The translations under genes and the position numbers were made by a program. 64,000 nt of DNA from Pseudobdellovibrionaceae bacterium (GTDB lineage: Bacteria; Bdellovibrionota; Bdellovibrionia; Bdellovibrionales; Bdellovibrionaceae), in contig JBIKLL010000002.1 in assembly GCA_044359815.1 (NCBI GenBank), positions 64,001 through 128,000 on the forward strand, given 5' to 3'. Positions 10,106 through 18,979 of this stretch are shown here, piece after piece. The notes below the pieces were generated by a model. That model ran no database searches and was not told the origin of the DNA. It saw nothing but the letters and a program-made list of their open reading frames with translations. How positions within the stretch are numbered: the first letter of the stretch is position 1; every line of letters begins with the position of its first letter.

Positions 10106-10844
10106 AATTTAAGCTTTTAACTATCCGCGCGGGTCCCTTCAAAACGGGTATATCACCTTTGCCAGTAAAGTGAACTGCTAAATTTCCGCCGGGCATTTGG
10201 ATTTTAATTTTTCGTTTCTGAGGATTTTTTAATTTGCAGGCGAACGCTGCTGCTATGGCTCCAGTCCCACAAGCTTGGGTAAAATCTTCAACCCCTCGTT
10301 CAAAAGTTACAGCAAAAACTTTTTTGCCCCTTACAGATATAAAAGTCACGTTTGCGTTCTCAGTCTTTCGAAGCTTTGCTGCCATTTTTTTATCTGGTTT
10401 AGCCCAAACCACACAATGGGGAACCCCTGAATTAATTTTCGCAAATAGATCGGTAGTTTTGATAAGCTTAACTGAATAAGGCATTTTGACCTTTGGATTG
10501 CGCTCATCTGATAGATTTGCCTGAACTAGCCCCAGTTGACTTCTGAATGTGATCTTTTGTTTTTTCTTTATTTTTTTGCTGAACAGGTGGGTTACCGCCC
10601 GCGAAGCATTTCCACACATTTCAGCCTTGGACCCATCAGAATTATAAAAGTCCCATTTGAAATCCGCAGTTTTGTCTGCCAACAGAAAAACGCAACCATC
10701 AGTCTTAAGTTTTTTGCAAATACTGATGATAAATTTCTGTTTGTTAAATTTCGGTATAAGGTTTTTTTCAAAAAAAGGTATTACTGAAAACGTATTGCCA
10801 CAAGCATCTGTTTTAAAAACCTCAATCTTCATTTTCTTCGTCAT
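10092..10844 (-). CDS. dapF: Diaminopimelate epimerase
   Basis: NSDGSKAEMCGN, GVPH and ERGV...TQACGTG (both catalytic Cys present). Confidence 0.93.
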   Translation of the reverse strand: MTKKMKIEVFKTDACGNTFSVIPFFEKNLIPKFNKQKFIISICKKLKTDGCVFLLADKTADFKWDFYNSDGSKAEMCGNASRAVTHLFSKKIKKKQKITFRSQLGLVQANLSDERNPKVKMPYSVKLIKTTDLFAKINSGVPHCVVWAKPDKKMAAKLRKTENANVTFISVRGKKVFAVTFERGVEDFTQACGTGAIAAAFACKLKNPQKRKIKIQMPGGNLAVHFTGKGDIPVLKGPARIVKSLNYGFK

Positions 10845-11031
10845 TATTTTCTTCAGCCTCCCAATCCTTGTTTTTATTCAAGGACCGCCTTTGTTCGGCT
10901 GGCTTTGCCAAGCTGGGTTTGCCTCGGCCAATAGTGGGTGGCTCCAATGGAGGTAAAGGATTGCCCTTAACCCCACAGGATAAATTTAATAACATGTACA
11001 GAGCTAAAAAAATTTGTATCAGCTTAATCAT
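10822..11031 (-). CDS. Small lipoprotein, LptM/YifL/LppL-like
   Basis: Lipobox followed by CGVKGNPLPP, similar to the CGxKGxL motif; directly upstream of dapF. Confidence 0.65.
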   Translation of the reverse strand: MIKLIQIFLALYMLLNLSCGVKGNPLPPLEPPTIGRGKPSLAKPAEQRRSLNKNKDWEAEENNDEENED

Positions 11032-11942
11032 TTTTTAATATTGTTATATTTTTTTAAAAAGGATTCAACCTCTGATACCCTCGTACACAAAAAGGGTTCG
11101 CTCAGATATTTTCTGAAATTCCTGGGTGTCATGGACTTGCAAAGCGAGACATATTTGAGAGCAGATCCTTCTGAAGGATCCTTTTTATCCAGTTGAGCCC
11201 GCCATTTCCAATAATGCACTTCGGGAAATCCGGGATCTAATTTAATGGCTAAGTCTGTGGTTTCAATGGCTTTGGAGAATGAGGAAGACTTAAACAAATA
11301 CTCAGTTTCCGCAGTCAGCCAAAATAAAGCCAGTTCAGATTTTTTATGATCGATGGGTTTTGACATCAAGTATTTATTAAAGTTGCCCATACACAGGGCT
11401 ACCTGCCCAACCAGCAGATTTACTTGGTCAGAAAAAACAGCATATTCAGATATTTTTTCAAGCTTTTCGTTGGCCCTGTCACATTCTGACATCAGAATCA
11501 ATGTTCTGGCCCATTGGATTTCAATGTCTAAATTATCAATTTCGGTTTTTTGAGACTCTGCGATTTTTTCAAGTGCACCTCGGGGGTCTGTCGCAATCAA
11601 AGCCAATCCAATTTCAAACTGTGACTGAGACTTATCGCTTAAAAAATGGGAAGCTATTTGTTGAAAAACTGTCTGCAGCTCTTTGTGCGCCCCAGATTTT
11701 TTGCCTTCCTTTTTTTGCGCCATCAACAAAATCCTAAGCGCTTGCCCACGAGCCCCCTGCAAAAACAGATTCTGAGCTTTTTCTATGACGTCTTTGTAGG
11801 TTTCAGTTTTGACTTCGCTATTAGCCCAAGCTGCATTGATCAGGATGTGATTTGCAAAGCCGGCTTGAGCTAAACTGCAGAAAATAAAAAGGGCCACAAT
11901 AAATGTGACCCTTTTAAAATTATTCAAATGACTGAAACGCAT
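11028..11942 (-). CDS. Exported TPR-repeat protein
   Basis: Signal peptide (SLAQA) and helical TPR-like repeats, e.g. AIKLDPGFPEVHY. Confidence 0.65.
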   Translation of the reverse strand: MRFSHLNNFKRVTFIVALFIFCSLAQAGFANHILINAAWANSEVKTETYKDVIEKAQNLFLQGARGQALRILLMAQKKEGKKSGAHKELQTVFQQIASHFLSDKSQSQFEIGLALIATDPRGALEKIAESQKTEIDNLDIEIQWARTLILMSECDRANEKLEKISEYAVFSDQVNLLVGQVALCMGNFNKYLMSKPIDHKKSELALFWLTAETEYLFKSSSFSKAIETTDLAIKLDPGFPEVHYWKWRAQLDKKDPSEGSALKYVSLCKSMTPRNFRKYLSEPFLCTRVSEVESFLKKYNNIKK

Positions 11943-11943
11943 C

Positions 11944-12519
11944 CTACTTTTTAACAAAAGATTTTAATTGCGCAACTACTTGTCCAATTTGTGAAGGAAT
12001 AACTGATTTAACCATGCCGCCAACAGGAATCAATTTAGGATTAATCCATTGTTCAACAATTGAATTATCAGATTTTTGCTTAACTTTGAAATAGATTGTC
12101 TGAAAGGTTCCCGCTGGAACTGTTACCGAAGCTTCTTTTGATTCGATAACTTCAATTTCGCCGCCCTCAGGTGGTTTTTGTTCTTGTCCATTGCAAACCA
12201 TTTTTTTAATGGCACCTGTGTTGGGATCCATAGAAACATCACAGCTTTGCTCCTGGCCTAAAATGTTTACTGTTTGGTTCAACACAACCTCTGCCGCAGT
12301 GACAGATTTAATCGACATCACCATAGTTGCAGGTATAAATCCCGCAATCGTCATGTCATAAGTTGCTGATTCGCCTTCCTTGAACATAGGCTCGCCAGCA
12401 GCAAGCGTTGATGAAAACTGTTGTGCAACAGCATCAACGACAGCCATTGATTCAAAGTTTGCATTTGCGGTCATTCCTATCACTAACGCTATAAGCGCAG
12501 TTGCTAATTTAGAAAACAT
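11944..12519 (-). CDS. Secreted beta-rich hypothetical protein
   Basis: Signal peptide ending ANA; contains VTVPAGTF; RBS GGAGG. Confidence 0.7.
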   Translation of the reverse strand: MFSKLATALIALVIGMTANANFESMAVVDAVAQQFSSTLAAGEPMFKEGESATYDMTIAGFIPATMVMSIKSVTAAEVVLNQTVNILGQEQSCDVSMDPNTGAIKKMVCNGQEQKPPEGGEIEVIESKEASVTVPAGTFQTIYFKVKQKSDNSIVEQWINPKLIPVGGMVKSVIPSQIGQVVAQLKSFVKK

Positions 12520-12599
12520 ATTCCCTCCTGTTTTGGTCCACTGAATGTGGTATTAGGGGAACATCATTTCATTGATAAAAAAAGTGTCAAAGAAAAAAT

Positions 12600-14888
12600 T
12601 TATTCCATCAGACGTGACAGATCATTAACCAAAACTTGACGCGGTTTGCTTCCGTTAGCCGGTCCAACCACACCCTCGCGTTCAAAAGTCTCTATCAGCC
12701 TGGCTGCGCGGGGATACCCTAGGCTAAATCGCCTTTGTATTAGGGAAGCGCTGATTTCCCGTTGGCTTGCTGCCCATTGTAAGATCTCATCATATCTTTC
12801 ATCGTATTCTTCCTCGGATGAGTCACCATCAAAACCCAGAGAATCAGATCCTGAGCTGCCTTGCTCCATTGCCTTGATTGCAGTCAGATCAAATTGCGGC
12901 TCGGCCTGATCTGACCAGAATTCAGTCACAGCTTTAATATCAGAGTCTTTTAAAAATGGTCCGTGGTGCCTGACTAACTGAGAATTTCCCGGGCTCTTAT
13001 AAAGCATATCCCCTTGGGCCAACAGTCTTTCCCCACCTGTTTCATCCAAAATAATTCTGGAATCCATACCCGAGTTAACTTTGAAACTGATCCTTCCAGG
13101 TATGTTGGTTTTGATCAATCCTGTTACGACTTCTTTACGAGGACTCTGCATAGCTAGTATCAAGTGTATGCCGCAAGCTCGAGCCATTTGGGCCAATCGG
13201 ACAACTGCAGATTCAACATTAGCTTTATCCACCGCCATCAGATCGCCAAATTCCTCAACCACAATCACTATGTAAGGCAATTGATTGAAATAATATTGTT
13301 CGCCTTTTTTGCCAGGAGTGTTTTCAAATTCTTCATTAGTAGCTTCGTGCTGTTTCAGTTCATCAGCAGTCAGTTTGGACACAGATTCATTAAAAGCTTC
13401 CAGACCGCGAGCCGAAAATCGACTCATAGATCGATAGCGTTTTTCCATTTCCTTAACGGCCCACTTAAGCGCAATAACAGCTTGTTTTGGATCTATCACA
13501 ATAGGCATGGCTAAATGGGGAACTTCTTCAAATGCCGCTAGGTCTACCTGTTTAGGGTCTACCAAAATTAATTTTAAGGTTTTTGGAGAATGCTTAAACA
13601 ACAAACCTGTTATTGCAGACACAGTGAACACTGATTTGCCAGAACCCGTAGTGCCCGCAACCATCAGATGAGGGATTTTTCTGAGATCAACAATTTTTGG
13701 ATCACCGTTAGCCTGTTTGCCCAAAGCCAACGGCAGCTTCATTTCGTCTTTCCAAAATTCTTCCTCTGCCAATAGGTCCTTCAGATAAACTGTTTCACGT
13801 TGCAGGTTAGAAGTTTCAATTCCAACCACGTCACGACCTGGGATCGGAGCAATTATTCTGAGCGATTCACTGCTTAGCGCCAGTGCTAAATCATCCTCAA
13901 GTTCAGTGATTTTGCTGACCCGAACATTGGCTTCTGGTTTGAATTCAAACATCGTCACTGCGGGACCTGGTTTTGCCGCAACGACTTCACCCATCACGGA
14001 AAACTGTGACAACTTGTCGGTTAACAGATCGGCTTTTTTGCGAATCTCGCGCTCGTCTAGCTTAATTCTGCTTGCGGGCGGGTCTTCGATCAAACCAAGC
14101 TTTGGCAGTTCCCAGTTTTCAATCTTAGTCTGTATTTTGGTTTTCAGAGTCACTTTGCGCCGCTGATTGGGTTCAATATTTATTGGCTCGACAAACTGTT
14201 CTTGAATATTTGGCTTAACGGTTTTCACTTCACTCAATGGAAAGTCTGGCTGTTTTTCCAGAGGTCTTTCGATCGGTTTAACTTGAGGGATATTGACGAT
14301 TGATTTAGCAGATTTTGGTTTTTGAATTTTTATAAATTTTATCGATTTAAATTTCCCAAAAACAGAGGCTAATAATCCAGAGAATGAACCCTCAAAAATC
14401 ATTAGCAAACATACTGAAAAAACGCCCCAAACAAATATTTGTGCTCCGATTTTATTTAAGAATAACACCAGAATCTTTGCAACAGCCCACCCAGTGACTC
14501 CACCAATTAAAATATGATCTTGCAGAATTCTTTGTTCAGGCAAATAAATCGAACTGGCTGTGCTGATTAAAACCGTGAATACCACAGTCCATCCCAGCTT
14601 GTTGCCAAGGTTTTCATTTTTGCTTTTCAATAATCCAATGACTCCAATCCAAAAAAACACACACACCGAGATCCAGGCAGAGGCACCAAAAAGCTGCAAC
14701 AGGGCATCACTTAAAAAGCTTCCCACATAGCCACAAAGGTTTTTGGGTGAGCTCATAATATTACCAATTGAGTTGATGGAAGGATCCTTGGGGTTGTAAC
14801 TGATCAATGAAGCTGAAACAAAAATAGTCGAAGCAATAATTACTAGGCTAAAAATATCGGACTTTACTCGGTTGAAAAGCTTACTCAT
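12600..14888 (-). CDS. ftsK: DNA translocase FtsK
   Basis: N-terminal TM domain, PHLMVAGTTGSGKS, RLAQMARACGIH, SRIILDE.G.E.LL..GDML, and gamma domain SASLIQRRFSLGYPRAARL. Confidence 0.95.
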   Translation of the reverse strand: MSKLFNRVKSDIFSLVIIASTIFVSASLISYNPKDPSINSIGNIMSSPKNLCGYVGSFLSDALLQLFGASAWISVCVFFWIGVIGLLKSKNENLGNKLGWTVVFTVLISTASSIYLPEQRILQDHILIGGVTGWAVAKILVLFLNKIGAQIFVWGVFSVCLLMIFEGSFSGLLASVFGKFKSIKFIKIQKPKSAKSIVNIPQVKPIERPLEKQPDFPLSEVKTVKPNIQEQFVEPINIEPNQRRKVTLKTKIQTKIENWELPKLGLIEDPPASRIKLDEREIRKKADLLTDKLSQFSVMGEVVAAKPGPAVTMFEFKPEANVRVSKITELEDDLALALSSESLRIIAPIPGRDVVGIETSNLQRETVYLKDLLAEEEFWKDEMKLPLALGKQANGDPKIVDLRKIPHLMVAGTTGSGKSVFTVSAITGLLFKHSPKTLKLILVDPKQVDLAAFEEVPHLAMPIVIDPKQAVIALKWAVKEMEKRYRSMSRFSARGLEAFNESVSKLTADELKQHEATNEEFENTPGKKGEQYYFNQLPYIVIVVEEFGDLMAVDKANVESAVVRLAQMARACGIHLILAMQSPRKEVVTGLIKTNIPGRISFKVNSGMDSRIILDETGGERLLAQGDMLYKSPGNSQLVRHHGPFLKDSDIKAVTEFWSDQAEPQFDLTAIKAMEQGSSGSDSLGFDGDSSEEEYDERYDEILQWAASQREISASLIQRRFSLGYPRAARLIETFEREGVVGPANGSKPRQVLVNDLSRLME

Positions 14889-15016
14889 CGTGTAATAGTT
14901 TATTAAGAATCCTAGGCGGTTGAGTAGCCCAGATCCTGCCCATGCTTGACTTTGGTCGTTAGATATCAAAAAACCAGGCCTCTGTAGGTGTGTAAGGTGA
15001 GTGGGTGCGTTCAATT

Positions 15017-15652
15017 ATGAAAATAAACGAAATGTTTTATTCAATTCAGGGCGAAAGCAGTTTTGTTGGCTACCCAACCTTTTTTGTCCGCACGACAGGC
15101 TGCAATCTCAGGTGCACTTATTGCGACACCCAGTACGCTTATTATGAAGGTTCAGATTTAGAAATCGACGCAATTGTTGATTCAGCCGTAAAGTCTGGCG
15201 CAAAACATGTGTGCTTAACGGGCGGCGAACCTTTGTTACAAAAAGATATTTATCAGCTGATGAAAGCTTTGTTGCAAAAGCAATTTGTGGTTTCACTAGA
15301 AACTTCGGGGTCAAAATCAATTGCTGAGGTTCCAGAAGATATAAAAATTATTTTGGATGTCAAAACTCCAGATAGTGGTGCCGCAGATTCTTTCTGGGCA
15401 GAGAACTTGAAGTTCATTCGGCCCAGTACCGAATTCAAATTTGTCGTCTGCAGTGAGAGGGATCTTGAATGGTCAGAAAACTTCTGTCGTCAACATCAAA
15501 TCTTCGGCAAAAACATGGTTTTATACAGCCCATCATACGGAAAAATGGACGCAAGGTGGTTGGCAGAAAAAATTTTGCAGCAAAAATCAGAAGCACGCTT
15601 GCAATTACAGCTACATAAATATATCTGGTGTTCTGAAACGCGCGGAGTTTGA
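15017..15652 (+). CDS. queE: 7-carboxy-7-deazaguanine synthase (radical SAM)
   Basis: EMFYSIQGE, CNLRCTYCDT, TGGEPLLQ and QLHKYIW motifs. Confidence 0.9.
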   Translation: MKINEMFYSIQGESSFVGYPTFFVRTTGCNLRCTYCDTQYAYYEGSDLEIDAIVDSAVKSGAKHVCLTGGEPLLQKDIYQLMKALLQKQFVVSLETSGSKSIAEVPEDIKIILDVKTPDSGAADSFWAENLKFIRPSTEFKFVVCSERDLEWSENFCRQHQIFGKNMVLYSPSYGKMDARWLAEKILQQKSEARLQLQLHKYIWCSETRGV

Positions 15653-15707
15653 AATAGTGTCGCGTGAATCAAAACCAAAAATATAAACAATCTGAAGCAG
15701 GAGAGCC

Positions 15708-16007
15708 ATGACACCAAATCTAAACCACTCTGAAAATCTTTTCGTAGCAAATCTTCAATCGGTCAGCTTGGAAAAGCTGGTAAAGAGTAAGTTAGAGGTT
15801 TTATTTCAACAACAACAAGAAGCTCAGGTTGAGCTTAATGGTTTGTACAACATAGTTCTTGAACAGGTTGAGCGCCCATTGCTGGAAATCGCTTTACGGG
15901 CTTACAATGGCAATCAGGTTAAGACAGCTCAAATGCTTGGTATCAATCGCAACACACTTAAGAAGAAAATTGACAACTACAAGATCCGCGTAAAGAAAAT
16001 GAATTAA
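15708..16007 (+). CDS. fis: Fis family nucleoid-associated protein
   Basis: LYNIVLEQVERPLL...GNQVKTAQMLGINRNTLKKK helix-turn-helix. Confidence 0.88.
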   Translation: MTPNLNHSENLFVANLQSVSLEKLVKSKLEVLFQQQQEAQVELNGLYNIVLEQVERPLLEIALRAYNGNQVKTAQMLGINRNTLKKKIDNYKIRVKKMN

Positions 16008-16112
16008 TTTATTAAGCGACTCCGGTTTTTACATCGGCGGGTGCTCCATGTGTTTTCAACTTGATTTGTCCCGCAAAAATTTGATTTTTGTTGCTATTGA
16101 TTAGAGGGGAAA

Positions 16113-17528
16113 ATGGCACAAAGGGTACCTCCACACAATCACGAGGCTGAACAAGCAATCTTGGGAAGCCTTCTCATTGAACAAAACGCTTGGGATCAAG
16201 TCTCTGACAGCATCACTGCTGAAGATTTTTATCGTCCTGGTCACAACAAATTATACGCCACAATCAAAGAGCTTCATAACAAAGGTGAACCTGTTGATTT
16301 AATCACGCTGACTAACCATTTGCAGTCTAAGGGTGAGTTGGATTCTGTGGGTGGGGCCGGTTATTTGGTTGAATTGGTCAACAAGACTATTTCATCAGCT
16401 AACATCATGTACTATGCAAAAATCGTCAAAAACAAATCCACTTTGCGAAGATTGATTTTCGAAAGCTCCAAATTGATCGAGAGGGCCTACAGCGAAGAGT
16501 TTGATGAAATCGATGTCTTCCTGGATGAAGCTGAAATGGCTTACTATAAGCTCAATGAGGGGCAACAAACACAGGGCCTAGTTGGCTCGATGGAAATCGT
16601 TAAAGCCAGTATCGTAAAAATCGAAGAACTTTATAAAAACAGATCCGAGATCACTGGAGTCCCAACGGGATTCGCTCAATTGGATCGAATGACTTCAGGA
16701 TTACAGGCTGGAGATTTTGTGATCGTAGCAGCCAGACCTTCCATGGGAAAAACCGCGTTCAGTTTGAATCTGGTGCAAAATATAATTGCCAATCCCAAGA
16801 TGACGGCAGCTTACTTTTCATTGGAAATGAGTCGTGAGGCCGTGATGATGAGGCTTCTGGCCGCTGAAGCCAATATTAATTTAAAAGACATTCGTTCAGG
16901 CAAGCTTAACGATTCTGCATGGCCAAAACTGATAGCTGGTGCCAGCAAGCTGAGCGAAGCAAAATTATTTATTGATGAATCGGCCGCGATCAGCCCTTTT
17001 GAAGTCCGATCAAAATGCCGCAGACTAAAGGCTCAACACGGTTTGGATATTATCATCATAGATTATTTGCAGATGATGGATTTGAAACAACGGGTGGAAA
17101 GCCGCGAAAGAGCAGTGTCTGAGATTTCCAGAACCCTGAAGGGCCTTGCTAAAGAACTTAAGATTCCTGTGGTGGCATTAGCCCAGCTTAATCGGGGAGT
17201 TGAAGGCCGTTCAGATCGCAGACCTATGCTTTCAGATTTACGGGAATCAGGATCGATTGAACAAGATGCTGACGTTATCATGATGCTCTATCGAGAAGAT
17301 TATTACGATAAAGAATCGGCAGAAAAACAAGGTTTAGCAGAAGTCATCATTGGCAAACAAAGAAACGGTCCTACCGGCACCGTGAAATTAAAATGGGAAG
17401 CTGAGTTTGGTCGATTCAGAGATGCTGACCCTGAGGGTTGGGCTCCGCCTCCGCCGCCTCCGCAACCACAATATGGTGGTGGCGGTGGATTCAAACCAAA
17501 AAACTTTGCCCCAGGCGCCGGCGCTTAA
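16113..17528 (+). CDS. dnaB: Replicative DNA helicase
   Basis: PPHNHEAEQ, ARPSMGKT, DYLQ, LAQLNR, SDLRESGSIEQDAD and KQRNGP motifs. Confidence 0.97.
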   Translation: MAQRVPPHNHEAEQAILGSLLIEQNAWDQVSDSITAEDFYRPGHNKLYATIKELHNKGEPVDLITLTNHLQSKGELDSVGGAGYLVELVNKTISSANIMYYAKIVKNKSTLRRLIFESSKLIERAYSEEFDEIDVFLDEAEMAYYKLNEGQQTQGLVGSMEIVKASIVKIEELYKNRSEITGVPTGFAQLDRMTSGLQAGDFVIVAARPSMGKTAFSLNLVQNIIANPKMTAAYFSLEMSREAVMMRLLAAEANINLKDIRSGKLNDSAWPKLIAGASKLSEAKLFIDESAAISPFEVRSKCRRLKAQHGLDIIIIDYLQMMDLKQRVESRERAVSEISRTLKGLAKELKIPVVALAQLNRGVEGRSDRRPMLSDLRESGSIEQDADVIMMLYREDYYDKESAEKQGLAEVIIGKQRNGPTGTVKLKWEAEFGRFRDADPEGWAPPPPPPQPQYGGGGGFKPKNFAPGAGA

Positions 17529-17539
17529 ATCTTTTTAAA

Positions 17540-17627
17540 TAGCTAGCCATTTTTTGTGTAGCCGAAAATAAATAATAAAATTCTAAATTCAATTTTTATT
17601 TTCAGCGGCACAGAAAAGGGCTAGCTA
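17540..17627. repeat. Long imperfect inverted repeat (hairpin) between convergent genes
   Basis: TAGCTAGCCATTTTTTGTG pairs with CACAGAAAAGGGCTAGCTA (17/19); inner GAAAATAAA pairs with TTTATTTTC. Confidence 0.75.
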
Positions 17628-17640
17628 GGATTTGTAGGTC

Positions 17641-18150
17641 CTATCGCATTGATAGGTTTTTACGATTTGATTTGATGCTGTCATCAGCCAATTCAACACC
17701 CAGATCCTTGAGTTTTTGTTTGATGGCTGTGTTTTTAGAACAAACACTTAAAATTGATTTTTTATTAATCTGAAATTGAGCTTCGTCGCCACCTTGAAAA
17801 GTAGTCGCAGCAGTCACGATATCAACCATAGCATCCAAATTGTTAATTGATTCATTTAATGTTGCATTGGCATCAGTAATATTTTTATTGGGCAGATAGT
17901 AGAAACCTTCTGATGAAAATATAGTTCTGGAGTTATCTTGCTTCATCAAATAGCCATCTACTGAAAACACAGGACCGTCTTTGCTGATCAAATTAATTTT
18001 ACCCTTCAAGTTTTCAGAATTTTCAGCGATAAAATTCAAACATTTAACCATGGACTTTTCATGGTCTTTTGCGGACTCTGTTGCCACTGCGAAAGCACTG
18101 GTTAATGAGGTCATTGCGAAAAGTGTGATTTTAAATATTTGTGTTTTCAT
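17641..18150 (-). CDS. Secreted hypothetical protein
   Basis: MKTQIFKITLFAMTSLTSAFA signal peptide. Confidence 0.65.
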   Translation of the reverse strand: MKTQIFKITLFAMTSLTSAFAVATESAKDHEKSMVKCLNFIAENSENLKGKINLISKDGPVFSVDGYLMKQDNSRTIFSSEGFYYLPNKNITDANATLNESINNLDAMVDIVTAATTFQGGDEAQFQINKKSILSVCSKNTAIKQKLKDLGVELADDSIKSNRKNLSMR

Positions 18151-18298
18151 ACCTTTTGTTAATGCAATCTGTTTGCCAGTCGAAATCAAAACCTTAGCCT
18201 AGGTTGATGTAAATATTGTTGCCAGATGTAGTTAAAAGACTGACACCTAGTCAATATGAGACAAACATTAAGTCCTGATTTTGACTGGGGATTAACCG

Positions 18299-18317
18299 AC
18301 GTCTCAGAATGAGACGT
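18299..18317. promoter_or_regulatory. Palindromic operator-like site ACGTCTCA-GAA-TGAGACGT
   Basis: Perfect 8-3-8 palindrome in a divergent intergenic region; a further TGAGAC half-site at 18257-18262. Confidence 0.5.
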
Positions 18318-18344
18318 TATTTTAGTATAACAAAGGAGCCATGG

Positions 18345-18536
18345 ATGGCTGGTAAAGAGTTGGTAGATAAACTGATTGCTGCTTCGGGATTGCCTGAAAA
18401 TACATTTAAAAAAATTCTGGCAGAGTATTTAAATAAAAAAGGTGTTCTTATGGAACACCTTACTTTGGATGATTTTAGAGAATTGGCAAAAGAACTGCTT
18501 GATGAGGTTCTTTTATCCAAAGAACAGGCTCACTGA
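18345..18536 (+). CDS. Small helical hypothetical protein
   Basis: AAGGAG RBS ahead of ATG 18345; 63 aa, MAGKELVDKLIAASGLP...LTLDDFRE. Confidence 0.7.
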   Translation: MAGKELVDKLIAASGLPENTFKKILAEYLNKKGVLMEHLTLDDFRELAKELLDEVLLSKEQAH

Positions 18537-18976
18537 GCCCGTTCAACCACAACCTGAACTGTAGCTGTTTGACCTTCGCCAAATTTCACAGTTGCCTTAT
18601 GAGTCCCTAAAACCTTGATCTGCTCATCTAAATGAATGTCTCTGCGATCAACAGAAAATCCAGCTTTTTCTAATTCCTTAGAAATATCAGCTGTTGTTAC
18701 TGATCCGAATAATTTATCTGAATCTCCAGCAGACAATTTAAATTTAACGCTGACACCACCCATTTTATTAAGCAGTTCTTGTCTTTCGGCTACGGCTTTT
18801 TTTCGTTTTGCTTCAGCAACGCGATTAAGGTGTTCATATTCCTTGACCCGTTTTTCTGTAGCTTCCACAGCCAATTTTCGAGGAAACAAAAAGTTTCTGG
18901 CAAACCCAGCTGCTACGGCAACCAAGTCTCCTACTTTTCCAACTTCCTTAACGTCCTTTTGTAAAATCACTTTCAT
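18530..18976 (-). CDS. rplI: 50S ribosomal protein L9
   Basis: MKVILQKDV..VGKVGD...GFARNFLFPR, KLFGSVT. Confidence 0.97.
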   Translation of the reverse strand: MKVILQKDVKEVGKVGDLVAVAAGFARNFLFPRKLAVEATEKRVKEYEHLNRVAEAKRKKAVAERQELLNKMGGVSVKFKLSAGDSDKLFGSVTTADISKELEKAGFSVDRRDIHLDEQIKVLGTHKATVKFGEGQTATVQVVVERAQ

Positions 18977-18979
18977 AAT

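Noticed and set aside
14889..15016. Possible preQ1 riboswitch upstream of queE
   Set aside because: No preQ1-type stem-loop with the conserved loop and A-rich tail could be recognised.
17540..17627. Integron attC site
   Set aside because: Lacks RYYYAAC/GTTRRRY ends, and there is no integrase or cassette array.
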